Below, piece by piece: positions 36,791 through 52,047 of a stretch of 64,000 bases of DNA. Made by a program: the position numbers and the translations under genes. This DNA comes from Octopus sinensis (taxonomy: Eukaryota). The notes beneath the pieces were generated by a model. It worked only from the letters and a program-made list of their open reading frames with translations. It searched no databases and had not been told where the DNA came from. The DNA is taken from contig NC_043003.1 in NCBI RefSeq assembly GCF_006345805.1, positions 61,938,001 through 62,002,000 on the forward strand. Direction: 5' to 3'. Position 1 is the stretch's first letter, and every line of letters begins with the position of its first letter.

Positions 36791-39112
36791 GGTTAGGTCA
36801 CTTTGAATTATAGAATTATAGCTCACTGGGTTTTCAGTCCTCCTACTTTTCTGGTCCCAAACTATTAAGTCAGGGTTTTTTTAACAGCCCACTGGACACC
36901 TTGTTCACACTTTATCAAACCACAATTTCATTCCTTCCTAATTTATCCAACCTTTCAAATAGACAAATATAAATGCCATTGGATATTCTTTCATGAGACA
37001 ATGTGCTTCTTTTAAAAATTGTAAAAGGTAGCAGTTTTATGCTGTCAGTACAACAAACTAATACAAATGTTATAGTGTGTCTTTTATAGCCATAATTTAA
37101 TAATCACTGCTTTAGCTCCCTTCGATTTTGCTATTTTGTTGATGGTATATCAAATATCAAAGGGACTTAGGAAGTATTATCATTTTTCCGCTATTCCTGT
37201 TCTAGCTCTCATATAGAGGGTTTTTTCTCCTTATAAATCTGGATTATCATGATGCTAACTCTCCAAAAGTCAGTGACATCTCTGTCTATTGCTATGACTT
37301 AAATAATGTGTGATCATTTGGATGAGTATTAAAGAGCCCATACTCCTTGTCTAGTTCAGGTCACTTTACATTTACCCTACAGATAGTGTTTGCTATGTCT
37401 AGCAGCTTTGAGCTGCTCCTATTTCCTTCAAGTCCTTACCATGTGATCAGTTGGTGGCAACCAAACTATTGAGCAGTTGTTCCATTACCATGTTTCTTTG
37501 CTTGACAGTTAGCTTAAATTTAATGCATTAGCAGTATTTTTAGTTTTTCAACCATAAGTCAGAACTTCTATAGGAAATTTATCATAAATAAACTATATTA
37601 TGAAAGGTACTATTTCTCATCTTTATCTTTTTTCACATTAGCAGTATACTTATTTATATTTTGCTCAAGAAAAATTGCCATACAGGGTGTAAAACTCATA
37701 TTTTTGGCTGTGATATATTATGTTACCATAATTAACTTCCAGGGTGGTGAACAATGGCTGTGGTTTTGTTGTCATCCAGACATTGCAAATGGCTGACACG
37801 CAGATGAAAGTTTAACATTCCTTTCATGTTTCTCAGAGCACTTTTCCTGTTGATAATAAACAAGTCATTAATGTAAAGCATGTATTAGGTATAGGTTATG
37901 TATGCTGAAGAATAAGGTTCAATGAGGTAATGTGACTACCCTACATAACTCCTGTACCATAAGCAATTTTTTGAAAGTTCGTGCAAACAAACTGATAATT
38001 TGGTTTGTTTTCAGTATTTTATAAGTAACTGCATTTTATGCTGTGGGCTTAAGCTCATCTACCTTCTTAGCCTACAGTGTTCAGTCTCCCATCTGTAATA
38101 GCATTGCATTAGGTGCAGAGCAATTATTTGGTATATTTAAAAGTAGAAAAAGCACGTCTTATACAATGGCGAATGCAGTTAATAATTTGATAGATACCAC
38201 CTGTCACACCCTTCCAAATAATGCGTACACACATATACAATAACGAATGTAACTAAACTTATGATAAATAGAAGCCAAATTTCCATCTTACATTAGGATA
38301 GGACACTTTAGACAATGTAATTTTAATATAAATGAAAGGACAACAATTTACGTATTTCCTAAACTAGTATAAAACTTTCTGGAGGAAGTGTTTCTGTTTG
38401 TATAGACTATGCAGATTAGAGTAAGCTTGGTCTTTAAATTCAGTCATTGAAAGTAACAGTTGTATTCTTATTTTATTAGAACCCCTCCGCAAAGCATATT
38501 CTTCTCAGTTGGCAAGATGGAAAAGCAATCAGTTTGTACATCAATTTATATAGAGTAAAGTGAATTCAGTGATGCTGAATATGAATATAAAAAATTTGGG
38601 TAAAGGAAAATACCTCAAAGGGGCATTCTGCATACTGAATAAAAAAAAATGCAAGGTTCCACATATGTAGTCTAGTGAACTGATAAAACTTTGATAATCT
38701 AATACTATGTAAGCTATTAATAACTATAATTTTGTTAATAATCAAGGGAAATAATTCCAGGTGTATAAGTATGAAAATGTTTAGATAATATAAATATAGT
38801 ACTGGATTTGATCTTTAAAACCAACTGGTAAAAGCAATGGATCTGTTTTGGTCTCATTAGTTCTTCCACAATTTATATTGCATTTAGTTGGCAGGAGTAA
38901 GAGTGATCTGCCTCTCTGTCAGTCTGTCTGTCAATTTGTATATATAAAAATACAGGGCATAAGGTGATAGTAAATATCAATAACCCAATAATATCTAGTG
39001 ATATTGATTGTTAATCTAATATATTTTATTTATATTTAAATGATAGAAATAAGTAACAATCTTTAACACTTAAGACATGATTGATCTCAAAAATATAGAA
39101 AAGACTTGATTT

Positions 39113-39335
39113 TCATCATCATCATTTAATGTCTGTTTTCTATGCTATCATGGGTCAGACAGTTTAACAGGAGCAGGCAAGTCAGAAGACTGCACCAAGT
39201 TCTATTGTCTGTTTTGATATGGTTTCTATGGTCAATGTCCTTCCTAACACCAACCACTTTACATAGCATACTGAGTGATTTTTATGTGGCACCAGCAGCA
39301 GTGAGGTCACCAAATAAATCACAAGACCTCTCAAC
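39113..39335 (-). mobile_element. Degenerate RTE 3' end
   Basis: tcatcatcatcatttaatgtctgttttctatgctatcatgg...ttcctaacaccaaccactttacatagc. Confidence 0.65.
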
Positions 39336-39639
39336 TGGGTGGGGAGTAATGTTGATAGAAGTGGCTTTGTGTCAAGAGATGAGAAGTCAGAGTATGACTA
39401 AAGGGACAAAAATGGGTGTCTTGCAGTAAAAGAGATAGCTGGTTACCTCAGTATGAGAGAGAATGGAAAAAAGATGTTGGGCATGTTATAGGAAGTGCAT
39501 TCAAAAAGTACCTGACTTTATTTTTTCCCCTCAAAATTAATGCTGTATGGGCAAAACCCTTTGGGTGGGAGATGGTGCACCCCATCCTGTTCTTGCATGA
39601 TAACTTTCATGCTGGTTCACCAAATCACTTCCCAGCTGT

Positions 39640-40330
39640 TATGCCTAAAGTACAGACATGTAGTGAGCACTTGTTGGACTTTCGCTTTCATGCAAGATGA
39701 GCGAATGCATGGAACAGAGACCATAAACTCTTGTCCCAGCACCAGTGATGACAGTCTTCATGAAGTCTGGGTTGTAGTTTGCAGTCCAGCATGTTCTGTG
39801 CAATTTCCATGTGGAGTTGCTTCTGCTGTCCCACCAGCACCTTCAGGACAAATGTCACCAATATTCCCTTCATGCACAAATCCTCCATCAAAATGGAATG
39901 CACTGATCCTGTTCTTATTCCCACTTCGTGAGCAATTTCCTGGATTGTTACACAACAGTCTTTCTTGACTATTTGCTGAATCGTCTCAATCAGCTTCCCA
40001 TTTCAGTTTGTTGATGGCCTGCCTGAGCATGTCCCATTCTCCACTGAGGTGCAGTGATGTTTGAAGCAGTTTTACCACAACTTGATCTCAGTTTTGCCCA
40101 TGACATCATCACCAAAGTCCTACTGAATCTTCTGGATGGTTTGAGCTTCAGTATCACTAAGCTTTTGGCAAAACTTGATGCAATATCTCTGCTCAATGTG
40201 TTCAGCAAAACTGAAAATCCAACAAGCACACACTATACATCTGTACTCTATGTGTAACTGCTAGGAACTGTATTTTTGAGCATATGTGTCCTGGAGGAAG
40301 GGTAATGCTCATGTTATTTATAGCCTTTCA
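39640..40330 (-). mobile_element. Decayed mariner transposase (N-terminal HTH half)
   Basis: Broken frames give IEQRYCIKFCQKL...GRPST...EIAHEVGIRTGSVHSILMEDLCMK...FVLKVL. TIRs not resolved. Confidence 0.75.
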
Positions 40331-43300
40331 AAGATTGGTGAAATCAATACCATTAACATTTCAGTATTACTGTTAAAAGTTGGCTGCCGAAAAGATATGA
40401 GCAGTGAAAGAACCCCAATGGGCTGATGTTTTAGGACGAACTAACTATACATAATGCTTAGTTCAGGTTCTGCAGATGTAGCTGGAGAGAAAATGGGTGA
40501 TGAGAGGAAGAGGGGCAAGTGGATCAAGCATGCCTGTGTACTGGTGGTGGTGACACAAGACCAGCCAAATCTGAGAATCAGAGGCCATTATAGTAGTGCT
40601 ATAAAAGGCAGAAAAAGGAGACAGCATGTCTATGGACTAAAGGCTGTAGTGTGTCTATAAGTTACTTCATGCCAGTCAGTGGAGTAATTTTCACTTGATG
40701 TAATCTTTGATGCTGGTGTGTGCAGCAGCAGCACTATCCCAAATGCAGGAGCAATACTGCAGTTTGGAACTCATCTAAATTTTTTAGAGGGCCAGTAATT
40801 CTTAGAGCTGAAGTATTTTCTGACTCTGAGAGGCAGTCCTAGTTATGTTAAGGTTGTATAAGAGAAATCTGTTATAGTATGGCCTAGCACATGGATCACT
40901 TGTATGGATTTTTGGTGCTTGCTGTTCACAATGAAGTGGGTTTAGCTGTGATGTCTTTGGATATGAGCAGTGCTGTTGAGACAAGATTGGTATTACCCCA
41001 CTCGTAAATGCTACTAAGGTGTTTGTTCATAGAATCAGTGCAGGTTTTGTTTGAAGTGCCATGGGTGCATATGGATAATGTTTGAGATGGGTAGTTTAGG
41101 GAAAAATAAAGAGGTGTATGACCTGTGTAAGTGTGGGCCTTGTAGGATTTGAGGCAAGTAGGTTATTTGCTGTCTAGAAAGAAGAATGTGGAAGACAGAA
41201 CCAAACTGTGAATTGACTAGAATTGATTGAGTATAAGATAAAAAGATCTCTGTCAGCATAGACTGTAATTGTGCAATCTTATAAAAAAATACCAATCTGA
41301 GAGATTACCGTCAAGATGAAAGCATAAGGATAGACAAACTTTGTGAGTTTGTAGCCAATAGTAAGTATAGAACTGTAGCAAGAGGAACTTAAAATAAAAG
41401 TGTTGCAACAAGTATAGGGTTTCCAGTATAAAATGACTCACCCTCAAAGTGTCCCATATACTTATTGTAGGCCTTTCCAACCGGGTCTAGGTGGAATAAT
41501 TGTGTGTTAAATTGAAAATGAAGTTTCCTTCTTAGATTATACTGCTTCCTTTGTTAATTCCTTTTATAATTTATTTTATGAAAATGTTTAGGTGTTAAAT
41601 GTGAAGTTGACTTTTTGTTCCCTTTGTGTGTAAAATGAAGTATCTAATATGAACAAAAGTGCACTAGAAGTCAGTATTTCATATTGTTTAGTTCACATTT
41701 CATTTTAAATATAAATGATGTAAATTATGTTTGAAATATTCCTACATTTTCTATTGATAATATATAACTATTATAAGGTGTATTATCAATTTAAGCTGTT
41801 ATTTATTCTCATGAAATTAATTTATATGGCATATCAGGGTCAACATCAATAAAACTATCTTTTAGCAATGTTTTATTGAAAAATTAAGTACTTTCTAAAT
41901 TTAAAGATATTTATTTCAGTTTTATGAGATAATTCCAATTTACGTTTTACTATTTTTCCGAAGCTATTTTTTGTTTTATTTAGACAAAATGAATCTTTGT
42001 AGAAGGTTTTGATTTATAATTCATATAGATTATTGTTGTTATTCTAAGAAAATGACTACAATAAATTAAGGAAAACCATCCAGTGAATATTGATTTATTG
42101 ACCTGTAAATAGCTTGTTGATTGCAGTTCCTCAAAGCACTTACATTGACAACAATGGAATTCAATGAAATGGTGGTATTTTGACTTGATATGATATAAAA
42201 TATTGATAATTGAAGAATATGATTTATGCTTTTAGAGGCATAATAAATCATAAGAAGTATTTTCTTAACTGATGACCATATACACATATTGCATAGGTTT
42301 TAATATTATTGAACATTTTTTGGCTTGTGAAAGAAACTTTTATAGTGTCTAATTCTATTTTCCTTTTGGTAAAAAGAGAAATATAACTTAATTTTGATAG
42401 AAAAATAATTAATTAACTACTGATTTAAAAAAGAATTTAATCTATGAATATTATAACAGTTAAAAAAATATATTTTTCAGATACTAGAAAATGAATTGCT
42501 ATGCAGAGTAATAATACTACAATAAGGTGTAATTGATTGTTTATTTATAATTTGTATTTGGAAAGTTTAGAATCTATAAACTTTGATATAGTTTTACTGA
42601 AGAGGTTATATATATTGTTAATATATTTCAGTATGATTATAGATTATTGCAGAAGAAAATGTGATATCATAACCATAAGAACTATTCCTTTAATGCAAGA
42701 CTGCCTTGAAGAAATTTATTGGAATTCTAATCATATTACCAATAAAAGGATTTTTCTGCTTATAAAAAGGAAATCGAATGGTGCATAACTTAAGACTGTC
42801 ATACTACATGGTAGTACCATGTAATCATTATAGGTTGAATACTTCTAAGGATTGATGAACACCATAGATTTGTTCAAGGATTTCATTAGATTATGCATCA
42901 GCTAAAAGCAATAGCGATATAACACAAACTTGATTCAGAAAAAATTTCATGTACACTGATTTTGCAAAGTCTGTAGCAATGTCTTGGTATAGAATTATAA
43001 TTTTCTCACTTAAAATTACTGGCAAATTTTTTCAGCAGATAGTTCAATATTTTTTTTTCAGGTAGAGCAGATAAGGTGTGACTTTTGTAGCTTGAATTTT
43101 GGTGAAAATCATGAGCTAATCTGGTCTTAGGGAAAGAACAAATAAAGAGATCATAGATAAGAACTTTACAATCCAAGTGATCAAATAGAAATAGTACTGA
43201 GATTTAGTTTATTCATGTCTAGCTAAAATGAAAGAAAGCAGTAAAAGTGGTAATAATTATATGATAACTTTTCTGAAGTTATGTAACCTCATATGAAAAG

Positions 43301-44670
43301 ACCTTATTCATAATGAAACTATAAAATGATCTAGAATTACTAATACTTCCATAAGAAGAGCCATAAAAGTATATACTTCTTTTGCTAAAAGCAAAAGTAT
43401 ACGCACATTACTCTGGCACTAATGCAAATGCATAGATATTCCAGCAAACCTACAAGCTACTGCATTAAACCTTCTTCAGCAAGATTTATATGTGAATTGA
43501 TATTACACATCCAACTGGTAAACATTTATTTGTTAAGGAACTAGAAAAACTTGTACTATTATTAAGATTAGAAAGATAATTTATTTACTAAACAGACACA
43601 TCTATACATTCATTCATACGCAAGAAAATGATTACTTCAATGTCAGCTGTCAGAACCTAGGCTATCTCAATCATTCTAGAATAACGCAACATCCTCAAGA
43701 TTATATTTAGATCCCAGAAGACATTTATAAACGTGTATGTTATCAAAATACAATAAGTCAAAACCATGTAAAACTGTTCACTTGTCTTAAGCAAAAAGTA
43801 AATGATGGTGAGATGACTTACCATGTTAACATAAAAAGATGAGTGTGTGAGTTATAACTCTTAATCCTGCTAGTTACAAAAAAATATTATATAAAATCGA
43901 GATTAAAGAAAAAATCATGGAAATGAAGTAAAGATGAGAGAATTTTATAAAGTAACCTTGAACAGAAAAAACACAAAATTCATTCTCTTGGGTGCAAAAA
44001 TCTATAAAGTAATGGTGATTGGATTGACAACTTGTTCTGAAGATTTCAGATCACAAAATCTGGAATCTGTAATATTGGTAAAAGAAACATGGAAATCACC
44101 TGTCAGTTTGATGTTACTCATGAGGAATTCTTATAGCTTCTAGTTTACAACCTGAATATTAATGATAATATTATAATTTTTGAATTAATTTCCTGCATCA
44201 TTTTTTCAGTTGTGCATGACTAACATTTTCTTTATGAAATTCGGAGTGCTGATTTATATTCTGAATACATTTTGGAGTTTGTCTTTTGTAAATAAAATAC
44301 ATATTGCTATGCTGTTTTCACAAATTTAATTGGAATTTTGTTGAAAATATTTCTTCACTTTGCAAAATTGTTAAATAATTTTTAATAAATTCGTTTAATT
44401 AAATCTTAAATATAATTTTATTTCAACTTCTGTTTTATATGCGGAAATTTGTTTTGTAAACTATTTGAGTGATATTTACTCATAATGTGTACAATTTTTA
44501 ATGAAATGGATTTATCAAACAAACAAATCTGAGCTGAGGGCCAAAATTTATCTAAACCATAAAATTGGGATGACAGATAACATTTTCACAACAGTTTGCA
44601 TGCCTAAATATGTGTATGTGTATGTATATGTATATGTATTCACATGTATACACATGTGTGTACATACACA

Positions 44671-44711
<41 letters not shown>

Positions 44712-45122
44712 AGACATGTGTATACCACATACATATTTATATATATGATGAAGTGTTTTATCGAAGCTGAAAAGACTTAACAAACTGTTACTCATGAAAC
44801 AGCTGTCTGGTGATCCATTACATGAAACTGTAACAGCCTTCAAAGTTTTTTTCATCTTCAATAAAACACCATTTTACTCTACCATTAGTATTTGAGTGCT
44901 ATTTTCTCTACCTAGCTTTGCACCTATATGCTTGCATGTATATGTATAAATAAATGTGTTTACAGAGGCAATTATGCAGATAAACAAACGAAATATAATA
45001 GCTTGGGTTTGCTACATATAGGTATACATGCTATATATAGGTGTACATGTAAACTGAAAGAAAGCAAAGACTGAAGATTTTCAGATGATGAATATTTAAG
45101 GATAGATATATAGATGTTTATG

Positions 45123-45472
45123 TATCCGTTGCCAACGCCGCCCCGACTGGCCTCCGTGCCGGTGGCACGTAAAAAGCACCATCCAATTGTGGCCATTGCC
45201 AGCCTCGTCTGGCCCCCGTGCCGGTGGCACGTAAAAAGCATCATCCGATCGTGGCTGTTTGCCAGCCTCGTTTGACACCTGTGCAGGTGGCACGTAAAAA
45301 GCACCCACTACACTCACAGAGTGGTTGGTGTTAGGAAGGGCATCCAGCTGTAGAAACACTGCCAGATCGGACTGGGCCTGGCACAGCCTACTGGCTCCCC
45401 AGACCCCAGTTGAACCGTCCAAGCCATGCTAGCATGGAAAACGGACGTTTTACAATGCTGATGATGATGATG
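45123..45472 (+). mobile_element. Young-looking RTE 3' UTR with 3 tandem GCCGGTGGCACGTAAAAAGCACC-type units and (GAT)n tail
   Basis: Units at about 45157, 45218 and 45282, then the conserved ggaagggcatccagctgtagaaac and tail. Confidence 0.88.
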
Positions 45473-45535
45473 AATAGCTCAAACTTACACAGTGTGCAAA
45501 TGACTGAGAAGACTATTTTCTATATATTTTCTATT

Positions 45536-45583
<48 letters not shown>

Positions 45584-46514
45584 GGATATATGGATCTAGA
45601 TTGCGAGATCATATGTCAGATACAAGTTATTCGAATATAGTTCCTCAAGTTCAGGTGTATTTAGAGTTGTGGACACCATGTATACATCAAGGTATGTATG
45701 ATTGGGATTATATTATGTGAATGTGTGTTTAGCTGCATGTAGGCATCTGGGTAATTCGTTCAATGAATTTATTTATATTGTGTTCCTTTGTTAACATCAA
45801 GAGCGACTCCTTGGAGCATAACTGGCATTTTCAGGATACAGTGATGTAGGGACTCATGAGTCTAAGTATGGACCATGTAATGTTGTATTTTGTCTTCATT
45901 TCCTTAAGCCTCCAGATAAAATCGACCAGTGATTTTACATGTTATTTAATAATAATACAAAAAAGTAACAACAAAAGAATGAGACCTTGAGAAATAGAGG
46001 ATTATTTATATATGTTATAATTTAGAACAAACAGTAAAAGGTGTCATTATAGTTCTCGGAGTTTCAAATGTCAGAGCAAAGAGCTATGATACATTCTTGT
46101 CAACTATCAATGGCAACAAATGCTATGAAAAACCGTTGAATAAAAGGGAAGTAACTCTAATAGATGGAAAATATATATACATAAAAAATACATGCAACTA
46201 TATTCTCACAATACATAGGCATAAAACCTCCTGCGTTTACAATGTCTACATACATATACACTCATACAAAGATGTATATGCACATACACACACATATATG
46301 TATGTACGTACTTGTACATACATATATCCACACACACATGCACACATGTATTTATATATATATATATATGTATGTATGCAACTTCATCCTCATATACACA
46401 TAGGTGCTTACATGCATACACATAACAGCACACACTCACACACACGAACACACATATATAAAGTTCTTACGATGACCTGCCCACATCAGCAGAACTGAGT
46501 TCTAGAAGCGCTGT

Positions 46515-47010
46515 GTGTCCCACCCACACTTAACAAGAAAAATGCTCACACACTCTACCACAACAAATCAAACTACATCTCTACATTTCTTCTCTTCCTC
46601 AGATTTCTGCTTCATGTACTATGATTACCTCCCACTCCCCAATCCTGTCCTCTTGGCCCTGTGCCACTGTATCATTGCTCTCTGCTTGCCCCCGACCTGT
46701 GCATTCTATCCCCATGTCCTATCTCACTCACTCTATTATTGCTATCTACTAGCCCCTGACCTGGGTGTTCCACCCACATGTAACAAGAAAAAATTTCCCT
46801 CATCCTACTCCAACAAACCAATCTATGTCTCTGCTCTTTCTCACATTTCCTTTTTCATATACTATGCTTAGCACTCACTACCCAAATTGCTCTCACAACC
46901 CTGTTCCTCTGTCTCATTGCTATCCGGTAGCCCCTCCAACTCTATATATATCCAAGTCTTCTGCCACTTACTCACACTCTTTAATCACACTCCCTTCACA
47001 ATATCCTGCC
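46515..47010 (+). repeat. Two diverged tandem copies of a pyrimidine-rich unit of about 250 bp
   Basis: gtgtcccacccacacttaacaagaaaaat at 46515 and gtgttccacccacatgtaacaagaaaaaat at 46765, with similar downstream sequence. Confidence 0.65.
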
Positions 47011-47379
47011 ACTTATATTATGGCATTTGAACCTCAAGTGTATGCCCTGCACTTGCCACCATCTATATCTCTCTGTTCCTTTACTCAACCATCTCATTTA
47101 TATTCTGATCACCATTTCTTGTGAGTATGCCTGGCATTTTGCCAACATCTCTATCCTACTGTCTCCCACTCTCTCTCCTTCTCCTGCACTTCCCTTAGGT
47201 TGGGCAACCATGTACTTTCTTTGCAGTAGCACACCTGTTTCTGTCTTCATTCCAGATCTTTCTCTCTCTCTCTGGCCGGGTAACCTTGTACTTCTTCTAT
47301 ATTGCTATATTTGTCTCACTATAGCCTTTTCATCATCACTTCCTCCAATGCCTTGTAGAAGTTTTTTTTAATGTCTTGC

Positions 47380-47722
47380 AAGTATTTGGTGATCCTGTCA
47401 GTACAGGTGCCAATTAAAAGCACCTGGTCCACACTGTAAAGTGGTTGGTGTTTGGAGGGTATCCGGTTATAAAAACCCTGCCAAAACTGACCTTGGTCTG
47501 TGCTTGTGCCACGAAAAAGCACTACTCACCTTGCCTGTGTTTGTGCAACATAAAATGCACCAAGTCCACTCTGCTGAGTGGTTGGTGTTAGGAAGGCATC
47601 CAGCTGTAAAAGTCCCACCAAAACTGACACAGAAGTCTGGTTCAGGCTTAGGTCTGACTGGCTCTTGTAGTACTGTCCCACTTATGCTAGCATGGAAAAT
47701 GGAGTTAAACGATGATGATGAT
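47380..47722 (+). mobile_element. RTE 3' end
   Basis: gtggttggtgttaggaaggcatccagctgtaaaa...atgctagcatggaaaatggagttaaacgatgatgatga. Confidence 0.8.
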
Positions 47723-48815
47723 ATATATATATATACATACATACATATATACACACACATACACATATAGACAGATAGATAAATATAAACACACATATAA
47801 TCATTCATTATTCTTTTTACATTCAATCTGAATGTCTGATAAATGTATGTGTGTATGTGCATCCATATATATATTTTTAGCTCCTGACCAGCTCTAGTTG
47901 AACAGGTGTATGATCAGGATTTTTAGCCATAATCATTTCATCTGTTTGTATATCTATATCGACATTGTGCCTTCCTTTTTTAAGATAGTAGGGTGTGATT
48001 TAAGGGAAGTTGCTGCTGGGAAAGGTTTGATTTTTAAAAGAAGACAGGGGCTAAGAAACATTCAAAGAGCTGTTACCTTTGTTGATAAATGGTTTCTCAC
48101 TTCGTACACAAGCCATACTTGTTTGATCACACAACTTTCTTGAACTCTACTTTGATCACTAGGACTCTACTAACCACTTCTGTGCAACCAATGTCCAGGT
48201 TCTCAGTGTACCAGAGATCATAATTCACCTGAAATAGGTATCAAATTCTTCCATCTCAGACCCCACTATCATAAAATAGGATGACAAAATGTAAGCTTAG
48301 ATATACAAACCGGTGGAGTAGTCTATTGCTGAGATACTTTTGAGCATAGATTTGTTCAACCATGGCAGCACAGCAATGAGATATAGACATTGAATGTGAA
48401 AAATTTATGAAGGCTTGGAAGAACTGGAGTATGTTGAATTTATAGTGTTAAGGTTCATGGAAGAGAACACTAGTTAACATACAATGGCCAGGCATTTAAG
48501 GTATGATCTGATGTATTTGTTATTTTTATATAACTTTAGGTTAGCCCTGACAATTTTCCTTATTCGTTTTAACTAATTTTAATGTTTCTGAAGATATTTT
48601 ATTGGCCATATTATGTCAGGTATACTTCAATATTTTTTGTGAAAGTTTTTGGAAGAAATGAGTACTTTTGAATAACATCAAAATGTTTACTTTCTGGTAG
48701 TACTAAATCATAAATTTACGTAAGATACAATGTGTGTGTATATATATTATATATATATATAGATGTATGGATGTATGTATATATATACACGTACATGCAT
48801 ATATAGATACATATT

Positions 48816-48853
<38 letters not shown>

Positions 48854-50489
48854 GATAGACTCATTCAAGTTCAAAATCAAATAAATTATTTTGGATTTGT
48901 TGCATCACTTCCTTAATTAGATGTAATTTATCCTAATTTTTGAAATCAAATCTTTTAACTTAATTGGTAGCTAGATAAAATCTAAAAAAAAAAAATTGAA
49001 ATACATTCAAGACATATATCCACTTTAAGATTTAAATATATGTAATAAAAACCAAATATAAACTAACTGTAAGAAAATGTTTGTAAAATGAAGAAACAAA
49101 AACTCTTGCTTGGAACATTATTGCTTTTATAGAATTTGTAATTATGTTATTTATTTCTAGACTTCTTATCTCAAACTCATCTTAAATATATTAAAAGAGT
49201 TGTTATTTATACATATTTTTTATCTGCTTACAAATTTTGAAATCTACGTTAATCTGTAAATCTATTATGCTTTAAATTTTTTTCCCAAATGTCTTCACTT
49301 GGTTATAGAGTATGTTATTTTGTTTCATTGAATTAGGCAAGTTTCTTTACAGGAAGTTATTAGGCTTTAAAGTTTATAGTTTTACATTATATTTATGCTT
49401 ATATAAGACTTAATATGAATAATTTTACTTGATTAAGTTAAGTAACCCTTATAATTTATATCAAACATTTTAGACATCTTCTTTACTGTTGTTAACTTTT
49501 TACTTTTTCCTATCTGGAGAATTTTTTAAGCCATAGCATGCTGCATTTTCTCTTGAATTGTTTCCCCTGTCACTGCCCTGTTACCACTATAGGTGACATG
49601 ATACCCCTTCAGTGTGCTAAAGATTAACCAATATTTACACACTATCATTTATACCCTTATCTGCTTTGAGCTTCACCATTCCCCTTCCCTCCCCATCAAA
49701 AGAAATATTTCACATTCTCTTGATCCTCTTTATGTTTGATATTGGAAAGATTGTTTATAAACTAGTTAATGATTTATTTTATCTGTATTGCCATTGATAA
49801 TTTATTCATTCTTAGCTGCATCAATATTTTCTGTTCAATCTTCAATATTTCAGGTATTTTAAAATGTATCTTCAATGATGTCAAAGTTTAAGGATATCAT
49901 TGAAAGTGTAGTACATATTCTTACTTATTCAATTTTATTTATCAATAATAATGCAAATGGAGTTGGCATAACATAATTCGACATTACCATCTCATACACA
50001 CATAATTTTTTTTCCTGAAATAATTCAATTTTTAACAAAATACTACTTAGAACGCTTGTATAACATATATAAATAATGCATATTTATAGCAATATGCATT
50101 ATTTATGCAATATGTTTTCAAATAGCAATAACTTTCATTGGACACCTGCATAAAGATTTATTCTAAAAGTAAACATACAAAATACTTCTGATTTTCTTGT
50201 AATTTATACCACTATCATATAGCATTTTTTAAAAAATTAATTTTCTGTTTTAGAATGGATTGAAAGAATCAGCTATACAGCATAACACCAATCCTTGTGA
50301 TAATTTGTTATCTTATCCATTAGGATCAGTATCGTCTTACTTTTTCTGTTCTTTACTACAACATACATCAGTTATATCACTATTGAATTAACATTTATTT
50401 TCAATTTGCATTGGATGTTCACATCAGGACAGTCATTTCTTTTACAGCTATTACAGTTGGATGCTGTCTTGATTGACTAGCACTTACGT

Positions 50490-50725
50490 TTTTCTGTAAG
50501 ATAATATTCTTTTTTACTCTAGGCACAAGGCCTGAAATTTTGGGGGAGGGGGTCAGTCGATTAGATCGACCCCAGTACATAACTGGTACTTAATTTATCA
50601 ACCCCGAAAGGATGAAAGGCAAAGTTGACCTCAGCTGAATTTGAATTCAGAAAGTAAAGCCAGACGAAATACTGCTAAGCATTTTGCCTGGAATGCAAAT
50701 GCTTCTGCCCGTTCACCACCTTCCT
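50490..50725 (-). mobile_element. CORE-type SINE, well conserved
   Basis: ttttttactctaggcacaaggcctgaaattttgggggagggggtcagtcgattagatcgaccccagtacataactggtacttaatttatc...gaaaggatgaaaggcaaagttgacctc. Confidence 0.88.
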
Positions 50726-52047
50726 GTAAGATAATATTGTGTATCTAATGTATAAGACTTGATACACATCTATAGCCTTTATAGGGTCTTTGGATTCCAA
50801 GTCTATAGTTCATGACCATATATTACCACCCTTATTTGCATGCTTTAAAAATCTGCCATTCACACTGGGAGAAAAACCTTTGTTGCTGACAGTTTAAAAA
50901 CTAAGCAAACTCTTTCCTCTACCTTCTCATTGTATGTGGTATGCATTTACTATATCTACCTTCAATATTGTGATTGGTTACATCACCTTCATAACATAAA
51001 CTACTTATTACATATTAGCTGTTAAATTAATTCCATAAGTGCTACAGGTTCTAATTAGTTTTATGTAACCATCATTACTTAAGTTTGTACTGCTTATATT
51101 TCAGTGGGAGATCCCATTTCAGTTTTCATGAAGCTGTTGCTTGCACTGAGTACACAATATTTTGACTTTACCTAGTCCTTTACTACTTTTCAAGAGAGGC
51201 CATTTACAGGATAGCATTGGGATGTTATACTATCTGTTACTAATTGGATCTTTTCTGTATTAACTTTTAGACTCTTGTCCTGTCATTTGGGCTTTGAACT
51301 TTTTCTGCAGCCTTTTGGCAGATTTCTGCAATGAAAATCAAGTCATTAGCATATGTAACTTTCCACTCCTAATCTGCAATTATATTGCTTCAGGAACTGT
51401 AATGAATAATTGGAAGCTGTAGACAGAGCCTTGGTTAATATCTAACTGTATTTTGAAATTCTTCACTGAAAACTTCACTAAATTTAGTGTTATTTCTAAT
51501 CTTATGTCTACCTTAATTTATAGCTTGAATAATTCTTACAAGATATTCATCTCTCCCCAGTTTCTTCTGTGCTCACCAAACGACAGAGCATGAGACCCTG
51601 TTATAGTCCATTTCAAATTAACAAAGGCAAAAAGTTGTTTGTTCTTTAATGATATCTTTGCTTGTTGCTTTTACAAGAAATGTTATTCTTGGTTTCCCTA
51701 TCATGTGCTAATTTTGTGTAGACTTCCTTTATTGAAGCCCTAACAATGGCTCTTTTGAGTGCATTTTCTTTCATCCTAAGACAATTTATGATGATAAAAT
51801 TATACAAATCATTGAAAATAACATTTTCACACTCTTTCTTAGTTAATTAAGTGATTAATTAGCATAGTGAATATATAACCTGATATTTTCAGTAGTTTGT
51901 CATCGATCACAGATTACTTTTACCTTTCCTATCTTCATCTCTATTATTGTTTTCTGAGCTTTACTGAAATTAACGTCATTTATTAATCGCCCTGCTGACC
52001 AATTTTCAGTAGAATTTCACTGATTCATAGATATTTCTTGCTGAGAC

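Noticed and set aside
44767-44810. Third hammerhead-like string on the + strand (CTGAAAA...GAAACAGCTGTC)
   Set aside because: C3.A8 mismatch, disrupted stem II and no stem I pairing. At best a dead Penelope-end relic, so not called.
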